A DNA stretch of 64,000 nucleotides from an uncultured Nitrososphaerota archaeon (GTDB lineage Archaea > Thermoproteota > Nitrososphaeria > Nitrososphaerales > Gagatemarchaeaceae), in NCBI GenBank assembly GCA_963718895.1, contig CAVRAG010000008.1, forward strand, positions 64,001 through 128,000, read 5' to 3'. The notes beneath the pieces are model-generated. The model saw only the letters and a program-made list of their open reading frames with translations. It was not told the DNA's origin and made no database searches. This document shows positions 51,200 to 60,832 of the stretch, piece by piece. The stretch's first letter is position 1. The number at the start of each line of letters is the position of its first letter. The position numbers and the translations under genes are program-made.

Positions 51200-51468
51200 T
51201 CTCTCCAGCGGTCGAGGCGGTAGACCGCCATCAGGTTCCGCTCGACGACAGGTTCTGGGACCCCGGCCGCGAGAAGCCGCGCTTGCACCTTCGAGATCAT
51301 CTCGTCCAGCGTGATGTCCGGCTCGGTGAACCTTCCGTTCCTGTAGCAGCTGGAGCAGTACTCGATCGACCTGGCGGTGCCGTCGGATTCGGTCCCTCCC
51401 CCGTTGCGATCGCGCCACATGGGCATCAGGCAGCTCTGACAGACCGGTCCGGGAGGCATGGGTTGCAT
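51196..51468 (-). CDS. zinc ribbon domain protein
   Basis: CQSCLMPM...GTESDG..S.EYCSSCY.NG.FT.PDITLDEM...L.RW. Confidence 0.85.
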   Translation of the reverse strand: MQPMPPGPVCQSCLMPMWRDRNGGGTESDGTARSIEYCSSCYRNGRFTEPDITLDEMISKVQARLLAAGVPEPVVERNLMAVYRLDRWRD

Positions 51469-51644
51469 GTTCCAGTTGCACGCTCGGCCGACTCCGACTG
51501 ATATTACGCATTTTAGCCCTCCGGCCGGACCGGACGTGTCCCTTCAGGGGTCAAGGCACCCCTAGGGTACGGGCGCCGGTGAAAGGAACGGCCATACCTC
51601 GGCCTTATATTGCATTATTTTTATCCCTCTGCGGGGAAATAATA

Positions 51645-52299
51645 CTGTCTGGTTCTGAAGCCGACCTCCAAGCCAGAAGGAGGACTCTGCTTGTGCTGGA
51701 GGACATGGCGAGAAGGAACACCGACGCCTGCAGGGTTCTCAACGAGGAGTTCCAGGCTCTGCTTAGCAACGACAAGGCGGGCATAAAGGCCTCGATGGAG
51801 AAGATCAAGAAGGCCGAGGAGGATGTGGTAGCGCTCAGGCGGATGCTCATAAGGGAGCTCGCCCAGGTCGGGACGCTCCTGCTGAACAAGGAAGACCTCC
51901 TCAGGCTCGCGTTCCTGATCGAGGCGATAGTAGGCTACCTCAACGGTACGGCCTTCAAGGTCTCGCACCTCAGGCGGCCGATAGTGAGGATGAAGAAGTA
52001 CAGGGAGCCGCTCACCGAGCTCTTCAACCTCCTGATAGAAGAGGTCTCCAAGCAGAACGAGTGCGTACGCGCCCTCTCCATGAACCCGGACCAGGCGATA
52101 GAGACGGCTGGGGCAGATCCAGAAGATCGAGAGCGAGATCGACGCGAAGCAGAGGGACCTGATGAATGAGGTCCTGAGGTCGATGAACGGTTACCGCGAC
52201 CTGATCGCCATGAAGGACGTGATCCAGTCCATCGAGGACGCCTCCGACGCCGCCCTCCACGCGGCGGACTCGACCACCATAGTGGCGCTGGGCGTCTAG
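51645..52299 (+). CDS. DUF47/PhoU-like phosphate transport regulator (frameshift near 52110)
   Basis: Helical repeats, NKEDLLRLAF; corrected C-terminus QIQKIESEID...IEDASD; probable CTG start. Confidence 0.75.
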
Positions 52300-52315
52300 G
52301 GCCGAGGCGAGGGGC

Positions 52316-52873
52316 TTGGCCGGCAAGATTCCCACGGGACGGCTGTTCGAGAACAGGATCGTCGTATGGGACATAGACTCGTCCCGCCGGCTCTTCAAGG
52401 AGGCCTACTACGGCAAGCCTCTCGGGATACCGAAGCCCAAGGACTTCGAGTTCGACGCACCGCTCATCCTCGACCTCATGGAAGGATACTACCTGGTCAA
52501 GAAGAAGAAGCTCAAGGTCGAGGACCGGGAGGGCAAGAACATCCCGGTGGAGAAGCTCGAAGAGGTGTGCGCGAGCTCGTACTCGGACTTCGCCGAGAAG
52601 TACCGCGTCTACAGCCTGCTCAAGGACGCCGGGTACATAGTGGCGCCCGGGATAAAGTTCGGGACCGACTTTGCTGTCTACGAGCATGGGCCGGGCATCG
52701 ACCACGCGCCCTTCATCGTGCAGGTGGAGAAGGCAGGGAACGAGATAAACGCCATGGACATGGTCAGGTCGGGAAGACTGGCTACCACGGTCAGGAAGCA
52801 GTTCATCATCGCGGTCGTGAGCGGGAGCAGGGAGAAGGTCGAGTTCCTAGCCTTCGACTGGTGGCGGGCCTGA
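52316..52873 (+). CDS. endA: tRNA-splicing endonuclease, catalytic subunit
   Basis: YYGKPLG, LDLMEGYYL, GIKFGTDFAVY, HAPF, RLATTVRK (catalytic Y/H/K). Confidence 0.93.
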   Translation: MAGKIPTGRLFENRIVVWDIDSSRRLFKEAYYGKPLGIPKPKDFEFDAPLILDLMEGYYLVKKKKLKVEDREGKNIPVEKLEEVCASSYSDFAEKYRVYSLLKDAGYIVAPGIKFGTDFAVYEHGPGIDHAPFIVQVEKAGNEINAMDMVRSGRLATTVRKQFIIAVVSGSREKVEFLAFDWWRA

Positions 52874-52930
52874 CCGGGCCGGCCTAGGGAAGCCCACTCA
52901 CGTTATAAAGCGACCGCGCGAGGGCGGCCC

Positions 52931-53701
52931 TTGATGGAGACGATAAAGGAGGACTCCTTCATCCTGGTCTACCGCGACAGGAGGAAGAAGTGGCTCGTGA
53001 GGCCTGTCGACACCCCCAAACTACACACCCACCTGGGGATCCTCGACTGCACCGCCCTTGTGGGACAGCCCTTCGGCATCGTCGCCAGGACGACCATGAA
53101 CGACTCGGTCTACGTCCTGAAGCCGACGCTGGAGGACATCGTCATGAAGTTCGCGAGGAGGACCCAGGTGATCTATCCGAAGGACCTTGCGATGATAGTC
53201 ATGCACTGCGGGATCCACTCGGGGAGCAGGGTCTTCGAGGCGGGGACGGGAAGCGGGGCGGCGACGGCCACCTTCGCGTACATGGTCGCCCCCGAGGGCC
53301 ACGTCTACAGCTATGACATGAACGCCGAGTTCCAGGAGGTCGCCAGGAAGAACCTGGAGAAGTTCGGGCTCATGGCCTCGGTCACGCTCAGGGGAAAGGA
53401 CGCCAAGGAAGGCATCGAGGAGGAGGGGTTGGACGCCGCGCTGGTCGACATGGGCGACCCGTGGGAGCTCGTCGCCAACGTGAAGAAAGCGCTCGCGCCG
53501 TCAGGGATGATGGCGGCGATCTGTCCCACGATGAACCAGGCCGAGAAGCTCACCGAGAGGATGAAGGAGGAGGGGTTCGCCACCGTCGAGACGATAGAGG
53601 TGCTGGTGCGCAACCTGGAAGCCAGGGTCGGCATGACCCGCCCTTCCCAGTTCATGGTCGCCCACACGTGCTACGTCACGTTCGGAAGGAAGACGACCTG
53701 A
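52931..53701 (+). CDS. trmI: tRNA (adenine-N1)-methyltransferase
   Basis: HTHLG, RRTQVIYPKD, EAGTGSGA, DMGDPW, PTMNQ, RP...MVAHT.Y. Confidence 0.93.
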   Translation: MMETIKEDSFILVYRDRRKKWLVRPVDTPKLHTHLGILDCTALVGQPFGIVARTTMNDSVYVLKPTLEDIVMKFARRTQVIYPKDLAMIVMHCGIHSGSRVFEAGTGSGAATATFAYMVAPEGHVYSYDMNAEFQEVARKNLEKFGLMASVTLRGKDAKEGIEEEGLDAALVDMGDPWELVANVKKALAPSGMMAAICPTMNQAEKLTERMKEEGFATVETIEVLVRNLEARVGMTRPSQFMVAHTCYVTFGRKTT

Positions 53702-53916
53702 TCTGAAGAGCGCCCGCGAAACCCGTCGTCGAAGAACACTGTTAAAGACGGCATTAACGGCGTGAATGATAAATATCACATAGGTTTTGGCCGGCGCATG
53801 GGAGCCCGGCTCAAACCCCGGCGGCGTGGTGAAGGCCCCATCGAGAGGCCTGCGATCGCCGCCCCGCTGCAGTGGTCGCCGGTCAGGGGAGGCTCCCCGG
53901 CGCGGTGCATCCACAG

Positions 53917-55074
53917 ATGACCAGCAGGCTCCGGGAATTCAGCCGTTCCTTCGGGCCCGCTTGGATAGTAATGATCGCCGACGTCGACGCCCCGAGCATC
54001 CTCACAGCGGCTACCGTCGGGGCAACCTACGGATACGGACTGATCTGGTTCTTCCTGCTGCTCACCATCCCCCTCTTCCTGATTCAGGAGGCGAGCGGAA
54101 GGATAGGAATCGCCACGGGCAAGGGCCTCGGCGAGGTCATCCGCACGTCCTACTCCAGGAGAATAGCAGTCTTGGCAGGCGTGCCGATGGCCACGGTGGA
54201 TGTCGTGAGCTACGTCGCCGAGTACACGGGAATCGCAGTCGGGATGGGGCTGGTCGGCGTCCCGCCGATCGTCTCGATGCCCGCGGCCTACGTCGCCCAC
54301 ATCGCGATAATCAGGAGGAGAAAATCGGTGCCGATCGAGAAGGTTCTGATCGCGATCTCCACCGTCCTAATCATCTCGTACGCCGGCTCGCTCCTGGCGA
54401 GAGGGGTCTCTCCCTCGAGCATACTATACTTCAGCGCCCAGCCGGGCTACCTCTTCCTGGTGGCCGCGAGCGCGGGGGCCGTCGTCATGCCGTTCATGCT
54501 GTTCTACCAGGCCTCGGCGACAGCGGAGAAGGGGGGCGTACGCCTGTGGGCGATGCGGACGGAGACTCTGGTCGGAGCGCTGGCGAGCGAGATAGGCATG
54601 GTGGTGATCGTCATGGCGACGGCGGGGATGAACTCCTCGGTCAACTTCGCAGACCCGAAGAATCTGGCGCTCGCCCTCTCCTCAATCGCCGGTGGGTACG
54701 CCCCCTACCTGTTCGCGGTTGGGCTGGTGGCAGCGGCCTTCCTGGCGCTGGTGGTAATATCTCTCGCCAGCTCCTGGGCGGTGGTGGAGGCCATGGGATG
54801 GCAGGACAGCAGGTTCTTCTGGGTCTACGTCGCCGAGTCCCTCCCCGCGGTCGCGATACCCATCTTCTACCCCGACCCGCTGGCACTCGTGCTGAACCTG
54901 ATGGTGGTCTTCGTCTTCATCCTCGTGGGTCCCGGGATTCTGATGGGCAAGCTGACCTCTGACAGGAGGATAATGGGAAAGTACGTCTCGAGCTCGCGGT
55001 GGAAGGTAGCGTACTGGCTAAGTCTCGCGGCGATACTGATGTTCGGGCTCGTCGCCCTTGCAGCCGCGCTGTAG
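53917..55074 (+). CDS. NRAMP-family divalent metal transporter (non-DPGN type)
   Basis: FGPAWIVMIADVDAPS, QEASGRIG.ATGKGLGE, GAVVMPFMLFYQ; ~11 TM. Confidence 0.85.
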   Translation: MTSRLREFSRSFGPAWIVMIADVDAPSILTAATVGATYGYGLIWFFLLLTIPLFLIQEASGRIGIATGKGLGEVIRTSYSRRIAVLAGVPMATVDVVSYVAEYTGIAVGMGLVGVPPIVSMPAAYVAHIAIIRRRKSVPIEKVLIAISTVLIISYAGSLLARGVSPSSILYFSAQPGYLFLVAASAGAVVMPFMLFYQASATAEKGGVRLWAMRTETLVGALASEIGMVVIVMATAGMNSSVNFADPKNLALALSSIAGGYAPYLFAVGLVAAAFLALVVISLASSWAVVEAMGWQDSRFFWVYVAESLPAVAIPIFYPDPLALVLNLMVVFVFILVGPGILMGKLTSDRRIMGKYVSSSRWKVAYWLSLAAILMFGLVALAAAL

Positions 55075-55173
55075 TCCTGCTCGAAGGCCCCACGGACCCG
55101 GAGCGCCTTGCAACGGCCCTTGCTCCTCTTCAGTAAGAGTTTTAATCCGTCTTCGAGAGCCGTGGCCCATTCG

Positions 55174-55782
55174 ATGAAGACCACCGACAGCAGGGAGGAC
55201 ATACCTTTCCTTCTCTTCCTTGTCCCGTTCGCGCTCCCGGGCGTGTACGCGATCTACCTCTGGGCTCAGGCGGGACTGTCCGCGACGCTCCCGCAGACTG
55301 TCTTCCTCCAGGTCACGGAGAACCCCTACGTCTTCCTCATCGGGTTCGCCGCCGTGATTTTCGGGGCGATAATGGATGTGCTCTACGCCGAGCCGGCCCT
55401 GAGGAGGGCCAAGGTACTCGAAGAGAGCGCCACAATCCAGAAGATTGCGCTGATCGCACTGGTCCTGGGCGCGCTCTCGGCCTGGTACGCCGCGGGCTTC
55501 GACCCGGGCACGGCAGCCTCAAACGTCCTGGCAGGTCGATACGTGGTGGTCTTCCCGGCGCTCCTGGTCGTGTTCAGCTTCGTCATGCTTCCCGCCGTGA
55601 GCATAAGGAAGGACCAGACGAACAACGTCCTGATCGCGGTCCTTCTTCTTGCGGTCCCCCTGGCGATCGACGAGGTGGGCAAGCGCTCGTTCTTCGGGGG
55701 GATGGGGATCGGGATAGTTCTGCTGGTCGCGGCGATCTACCTGTACCTCAGGAATCAGACGCCCAAGAAGCAGACCCCCTAG
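55174..55782 (+). CDS. hypothetical membrane protein (~6 TM)
   Basis: Six hydrophobic segments, host-like codon usage. Confidence 0.7.
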   Translation: MKTTDSREDIPFLLFLVPFALPGVYAIYLWAQAGLSATLPQTVFLQVTENPYVFLIGFAAVIFGAIMDVLYAEPALRRAKVLEESATIQKIALIALVLGALSAWYAAGFDPGTAASNVLAGRYVVVFPALLVVFSFVMLPAVSIRKDQTNNVLIAVLLLAVPLAIDEVGKRSFFGGMGIGIVLLVAAIYLYLRNQTPKKQTP

Positions 55783-56346
55783 CCGTCGGCAGATTCCCTG
55801 ACGAGGGCGCCAAGCTTCCGGAAGTCCTCCTTCACGACCTCCTTCAGCGCCGGATTGTAGATCACCGAGGCTGGATGGTACGTCGGGAAGAAGGTCACCG
55901 CTCCCCTTCTCACGGGGGCGCCGTGGGCGCGGCCAAGGGAGAGCTCAGGGAAGAACTCCCTCAGGGCGGTGTCACCAAGGAGCACAACGAACCGGGGCGA
56001 GATCGCCTCTAGTCTGTCGCCGGAGGTAGGGGTGGCACGAGTCCAGCTCTACCCTGGCGGGACGACGGTTCTCGGGCGGACGGCACTTCACGGCGTTCGT
56101 GATGAAGACGTCCCCACGCGAGAGCCCTGCCTCGGAGAGCAGGCCGTCGAGGTTCTGCCCTGCGGCCCCCACGAAGGGACGGCCCTGCTCATCCTCGTTT
56201 CGGCCCGGGCCCTCCCCCACAACTACCACCCGGGCCCCGGCGGGGCCTTCACCGGGGACGGCGTTCGTGCGCGACGAATGGAGTGGGCACTTGACGCAGA
56301 CCCTTATCTCCGCGGCGAGCTCTTCGACGGTGGTAGCCGGAGACAT
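55779..56346 (-). CDS. udg: uracil-DNA glycosylase family 4 (frameshift near 56012)
   Basis: CVKCPL, VGEGPG.NED..GRPFVGAAG, NAVKCRPPENR; second frame LLG..A, TYHPA. Confidence 0.92.
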
Positions 56347-56349
56347 GGT

Positions 56350-57183
56350 TCAGAGTAGCTCTTCCTTTGACTTCGGGTACGAGCCCAGGACCTTCAGGAA
56401 GATTGTCTTCGTCGCTATCTCGGCGAAGACCTTCGAGACGTCCCTGTCCTTGTGGTGCCCCTCGAAGTCCAGGAAGAGGTAGTACTCCCAGGGGCGCTGC
56501 CTCGTGGGGCGCGACTCTATCTTGGTAAGGTTAATCTGGGCGCGGGCGAAGACCTCGAGCACGTTGTAGAGCGAGCCGGGCGTGTTGGGCACCGAGAAGA
56601 TGAGCGAGGTCTTGCTGTCCCGGGTCCTCTTTCCCTCGCTCTTCGATATCACAAGGAACCTCGTGAAGTTGCGCCCGTAGTCCTCTATCCCCCTCTTGAG
56701 GACCTTCAGGCCGTAGATCTCGGCCGCCCTCTCGCTGGCGATGGCGGCAGCGCCGGCGAGTCTCTCGTCCTTGATCATCTTGACGCTGCCGGCCGTGTCG
56801 TAGGCGACCCTTGGCTCGGCCCGGAGCGCCGCTACGAAGTTCCTGCACTGTGCGAGAGCCTGCGGGTGGGAGTAGATGACCTTGATCTCGGAGAGCTTCG
56901 CCGACGGGAGCGCGATGAGGCAGTGCACCACCCTGACAGCGACCTCCCCGACTACCTTCACGCTGGAGGTGAGAAGCATATCGTAGGTCTCTGATACGCT
57001 GCCCTCTATCGAGTTCTCGACCGGGACCACCCCCGTGTCGATGCTCCCCACCTCAGTGAGGTTGAAGACCTCCCGGATCGACCTCGTCGGTACAGTCTCG
57101 ACAGAAGGGCCGAAGTGCTTGAAGACGGCCTGTTCGCTGAACGCGCCGTGCTCGCCCTGAAAACCGATTTTCAACTTCTTCAA
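56350..57183 (-). CDS. pheA: prephenate dehydratase
   Basis: FQGEHGAFSE, PVENSIEG, SHPQALAQC, NFTRF, NLTKIESRP, LGSY. Confidence 0.95.
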   Translation of the reverse strand: MKKLKIGFQGEHGAFSEQAVFKHFGPSVETVPTRSIREVFNLTEVGSIDTGVVPVENSIEGSVSETYDMLLTSSVKVVGEVAVRVVHCLIALPSAKLSEIKVIYSHPQALAQCRNFVAALRAEPRVAYDTAGSVKMIKDERLAGAAAIASERAAEIYGLKVLKRGIEDYGRNFTRFLVISKSEGKRTRDSKTSLIFSVPNTPGSLYNVLEVFARAQINLTKIESRPTRQRPWEYYLFLDFEGHHKDRDVSKVFAEIATKTIFLKVLGSYPKSKEELL

Positions 57184-57293
57184 GTGCTGCGGCCAGAAGC
57201 TCAGCCGTCCGCCGTTATCACCTTTCCGAGGAGACGCGGGCCACGGTCGGGACCGGGCGAAAGGGAATTAGGGGAGGGGCAATCGACCGGGCC

Positions 57294-59255
57294 ATGGGTC
57301 GGCGGATCAATCCGGAAGACCTCGGGGCTTACGCGGAACTCTCGAGCCCCAGCATCTCGCCCCGCAGCGGCGCGATGGCGATCTCGGTAAAGCAGGCTGA
57401 CATCGAAGGGGACACCTACAGGTCGGACATCTGGCTGGTCCCGTCCGCGGGCAAAGCCCGGAAGTTCACGAACACCGGGAAGGACGGCGGACCGCTCTGG
57501 TCGCCGGACGGAAGGACCATCCTCTTCTCCTCCAAGAGGGGTCTCGCAAAGGACGAGAAGGGGACTGAGCTCTACACCATAGCCGCCGACGGGGGCGAGG
57601 CCCGGCTAGTCGCCAAACGAAAGGAGGGCATAGAGCACTATGAATGGGGGGCGAACTCGAAGACCGTCTATTTCCTCTCCCCCGTGGTAGAGGAGGAGAA
57701 GAGCGACGTCAGAGTGGTCAAGAGACTGGAGGTCTGGTCCAACGGGAGGGGGTTCGTCTACAACCTCCGCAGGCACGTCTTCAGGACCGATGGATCGGGC
57801 AGCCCGGTCCAGGTCACCTCCGGCGAGTTCGACGTGACCGGCTTCGCGCTCTCTCACAGCGGCAAGAAGTTCGCCTACGCCTCTCGCACCAACGAACTGA
57901 GGCCGTTCATCGAGGACATCTTCGTCAGGGACCTCCCGTCGGGCCGGACGGTCAAGGTCACTCACGGGAACCTGGGGTTAGAATCTCTCGCGTGGAGCCC
58001 CGACGACAGCCTCATCGCGTTCTCGGGAAGCGCCTTCCCTAGAGGCTTCGCATCGCACCACAGACTGTGGACCGTGGGGGCCGACGGGAAGTCGAGACCG
58101 CGGAAGATCGACAAAACCGACAGGAACAAGGCAAACACGCTGAACAGCGACGTGCGAGCCGCAGGGCACGGTCCGGCCGGCCTCGTCTGGGATGGCCCGT
58201 GGATCTACCACCTCCAGCAGGATGGAGGCAGCGCGCACCTTCACCGGACGGATGTCAAGGGGAGGACCGAGCTGGTCCTCGGAGGTGAGAGGAGCATCGA
58301 GGGGGTCGACGTGAGCAAAGGGAGGATCGTCTTCGTCGCCATGGACGGAGCGAACCCCGAGGAGCTCTACCTGAAGGACGGGGCCGAGACCTCGCTCACT
58401 TCGTTCAACAGAATGGTCCGCTCCCGGCTCGCGAGCATCGAGCCCAAGGCATTCTCTTTCAGAGCGAGCGACGGGGTAAAGATCGAGGGATGGATCCTCG
58501 TCCCGGAGGGGGCGGGCAAGCACCCGGCGATCCTCTACGTGCACGGAGGGCCGAAGACGGCCTTCGGCCACGCCTACTCTCACGAGCTGCAGACCTTCGC
58601 TTCCGCAGGATACGCCGTCGTCTTCCTCAACCCCAGGGGCAGCGACGGGTACTCCGAGAAGTTCGCGGACATCAGGGGCGGCTACGGGACGAGGGATTTC
58701 AAGGACCTCATGGAGGGCCTCGACCACGCCATCGGCTCCTTCGCAATCGACGAGAAGAGGGTCGCGATAGCCGGCGGTTCGTACGGGGGGTTCATGACCA
58801 ACTGGGCGCTCGGTCACACGGACCGGTTCAGGGCAGGGGTGACCGACCGTTCCATAGCCAGCTGGTTCAGCATGTTCGGATGCTCGGACATCGGGATATG
58901 GTTCGCCAAGGACCAGACCGCAGCGGACCCGTGGGCGGACGAGGAGAAGCTGATGGCAGCCTCCCCGATCAGGTACGCCAAGGAGATCAGGGCGCCTCTG
59001 CTCATTGTCCACTCCTTCGAGGACTATCGCTGCCCATGGCCGGACGGGCTACAGCTCTTCACCGCCCTCAGGTACATGGGAAGACATCCGGAGATGATCC
59101 TGTTCCCGGGAGAGAACCACGACCTCTCGAGGACGGGAGGCCCGAAGCACCGCGTCGAGAGGCTGAACCACTACATCAGGTGGTTCGACAAGCATCTGAA
59201 GCCGCACGGCAAGGCCTCCGGACGGGCTCCTGCTAGACGGGGAAGACGCCAGTGA
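57294..59255 (+). CDS. S9 family (acylaminoacyl/dipeptidyl) peptidase
   Basis: Beta-propeller WSPDG repeats; HGGP, NPRGS, GGSYGG, DYRC, ENH catalytic triad. Confidence 0.93.
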   Translation: MGRRINPEDLGAYAELSSPSISPRSGAMAISVKQADIEGDTYRSDIWLVPSAGKARKFTNTGKDGGPLWSPDGRTILFSSKRGLAKDEKGTELYTIAADGGEARLVAKRKEGIEHYEWGANSKTVYFLSPVVEEEKSDVRVVKRLEVWSNGRGFVYNLRRHVFRTDGSGSPVQVTSGEFDVTGFALSHSGKKFAYASRTNELRPFIEDIFVRDLPSGRTVKVTHGNLGLESLAWSPDDSLIAFSGSAFPRGFASHHRLWTVGADGKSRPRKIDKTDRNKANTLNSDVRAAGHGPAGLVWDGPWIYHLQQDGGSAHLHRTDVKGRTELVLGGERSIEGVDVSKGRIVFVAMDGANPEELYLKDGAETSLTSFNRMVRSRLASIEPKAFSFRASDGVKIEGWILVPEGAGKHPAILYVHGGPKTAFGHAYSHELQTFASAGYAVVFLNPRGSDGYSEKFADIRGGYGTRDFKDLMEGLDHAIGSFAIDEKRVAIAGGSYGGFMTNWALGHTDRFRAGVTDRSIASWFSMFGCSDIGIWFAKDQTAADPWADEEKLMAASPIRYAKEIRAPLLIVHSFEDYRCPWPDGLQLFTALRYMGRHPEMILFPGENHDLSRTGGPKHRVERLNHYIRWFDKHLKPHGKASGRAPARRGRRQ

Positions 59256-59264
59256 AGGTCACCC

Positions 59265-59849
59265 ATGTCCTCTGATCTGGGAACAGCATTCTTGGGTTCG
59301 GCTTATCTCGTCCTGACGGTCTTTGTGGTCGTCGAGCGCCTGCTCAGGAAGACGTCCGACGCCAGGTCACTGCGCAGGGGGACCTCTGACCGCGGGACCA
59401 CCTCGCTCGTCGGCCTCGCGTTCGGGACGGGCATCATCCTCCCTCTGATCCTGGACTTCCTTTCCATCGGAGTCTTCCCCATAACTCTCGTGGAAGGATC
59501 GGTAGCTCTCGCAGCCATGATCCTTGGTCTAGGGCTTCGAGTATGGGCGGCGCGCACACTCGGCGCGTACTACACGAGGACGCTGCAGACGAGCGAGGGG
59601 CAAAAGGTGGTGGAGGACGGCCCCTACAAGGCGGTCCGACATCCGGGCTACCTCGGCGGCATCATCCTGTGGTCCGGCTTTGGCGTTCTCTCGGGCAACG
59701 CGATCGCCGCCCTTCTATTCCCTCCCTTGTTCATCCTGGCCTATCTCTACAGGATCAGCTTCGAAGAGAAGATGCTCGTGAAGCAGCTTGGACAGGGCTA
59801 TCTCGATTACCAGAAGAGATCCAAGAGACTAGTACCCGGCGTCTACTAA
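59265..59849 (+). CDS. isoprenylcysteine carboxyl methyltransferase (ICMT/PEMT) family protein
   Basis: LRVWA..TLG, GPYKAVRHPGYLG, RI..EE..L, Y.DY...KRLVP. Confidence 0.88.
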   Translation: MSSDLGTAFLGSAYLVLTVFVVVERLLRKTSDARSLRRGTSDRGTTSLVGLAFGTGIILPLILDFLSIGVFPITLVEGSVALAAMILGLGLRVWAARTLGAYYTRTLQTSEGQKVVEDGPYKAVRHPGYLGGIILWSGFGVLSGNAIAALLFPPLFILAYLYRISFEEKMLVKQLGQGYLDYQKRSKRLVPGVY

Positions 59850-59850
59850 T

Positions 59851-59883
59851 CGCTCGGTGCCCCGCCGCGGAGGGTACCGAGCG
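59851..59883. terminator. strong hairpin at the junction of the core genome and the low-GC element
   Basis: cgctcggtgccc-N9-gggtaccgagcg, a 12-bp stem directly after the ICMT stop. Confidence 0.45.
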
Positions 59884-60188
59884 CCACAGACTATGTTCAT
59901 AATTCGTATAAGATACGTCTACGTTTACGCTACTAGGCGTTTGAATTACGCCAGTGATGTTCTGCGTCGAATAGGCCTCCATCTGCCCGATGCCTTGTGT
60001 TCCGGTGGTCATGTCTGACAGGAGTATGAACGTTGGCGGGGCTAATAAATTTCAAATCATTGATTCCGATAGCCGCCGGGGTAACGATAGCGAAGCGATT
60101 GTAGGTGGCCCGATAGTAGTAGATTTTAGACCTGTGGCCGCGCTCTATAGCGTAGCGCTCATCGCCCCGACTTGACGGGGCGGCGGCC

Positions 60189-60278
60189 ACTGTGCGGTTA
60201 GACAGCCTTAGCTGATAGGGCCGCCGAAATGGAATGATAGGCGGAGCGGAAGCGGAGCCGGTAGTAGGCGGCGAAGTG
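60189..60278. repeat. ~90-bp diverged direct repeat, copy 1
   Basis: ACTGTGCGGTTAGACAGCCTTAG...GCGGAGCCGGTAGTAGGCGGCGAAGTG; about 72/90 identical to copy 2 by hand alignment. Confidence 0.85.
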
Positions 60279-60410
60279 GTTGGGCCTTACCAGTGTCTCT
60301 CTGATGTATCTGGTATGTGTTCTTGTAATCGCGATAGAGGTATTGAGTGCGGTAGGCCATGTGTCCCGCCTCGTTTGAAGGTTGATTCCGGTCGGAGAAA
60401 CTACTGAGAT

Positions 60411-60773
60411 TTACTCTATTATTCTCGGTGGTTCGTATTTTCCCCTTGTCAAGCGCTCGATATGACGGTTTACGCGGAGCGAGATGTACGCTATGACTGC
60501 CAAGAAAGGTAAATAGAGAACGAAGGCGGCAATGCTGGAGTAAATCCAGATGGTCTGCGTGTTGTAGATGATGGTGTATCCGGTATTGAGTCCGGAGACA
60601 TAGTTCGCGGTCAATATGAAAATGAGAAACGACGAGAAGAGACCAGCGGTGGCAATACCCATCATCGTTTTTCTAAGGCCGTCGATTTTCGCTAAAACAG
60701 CTTGAATCTTGGCGTATTCCTGCGCGGTCAGTGGGTGGTCTGGAACGGCGGCGGGAGGCGGTCCTTGGCTCAA
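60411..60773 (-). CDS. hypothetical two-TM membrane protein (passenger between the repeats)
   Basis: 120-aa ORF with two hydrophobic helices and an upstream TTAAATA box. Confidence 0.65.
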   Translation of the reverse strand: MSQGPPPAAVPDHPLTAQEYAKIQAVLAKIDGLRKTMMGIATAGLFSSFLIFILTANYVSGLNTGYTIIYNTQTIWIYSSIAAFVLYLPFLAVIAYISLRVNRHIERLTRGKYEPPRIIE

Positions 60774-60832
60774 GGGTTAACGATTCTGGAGGCCCTGGTT
60801 CCATATTTAACTCTGGTTTATCGGCGTCAGCG

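Noticed and set aside
53880-53900. M-box (ykoK) riboswitch resemblance (AGGGGAGGCTCC)
   Set aside because: The match is short and sits at the 3' end of the leader; the rest of the M-box consensus is absent.
28091-55782. Convergent genes sharing CTAG stop overlaps (28091, 51196, 55779)
   Set aside because: An ordinary consequence of genome compaction with TAG stops.
59890-60130. Intact gene at the element's left edge
   Set aside because: Only short interrupted frames (e.g. TTGTQGIGQMEAYSTQNITG...); probably a decayed remnant, so no CDS was called.
60134-60190. Hammerhead ribozyme (three stems, GATGAG on the minus strand)
   Set aside because: Lacks the CUGANGA and GAAA core.
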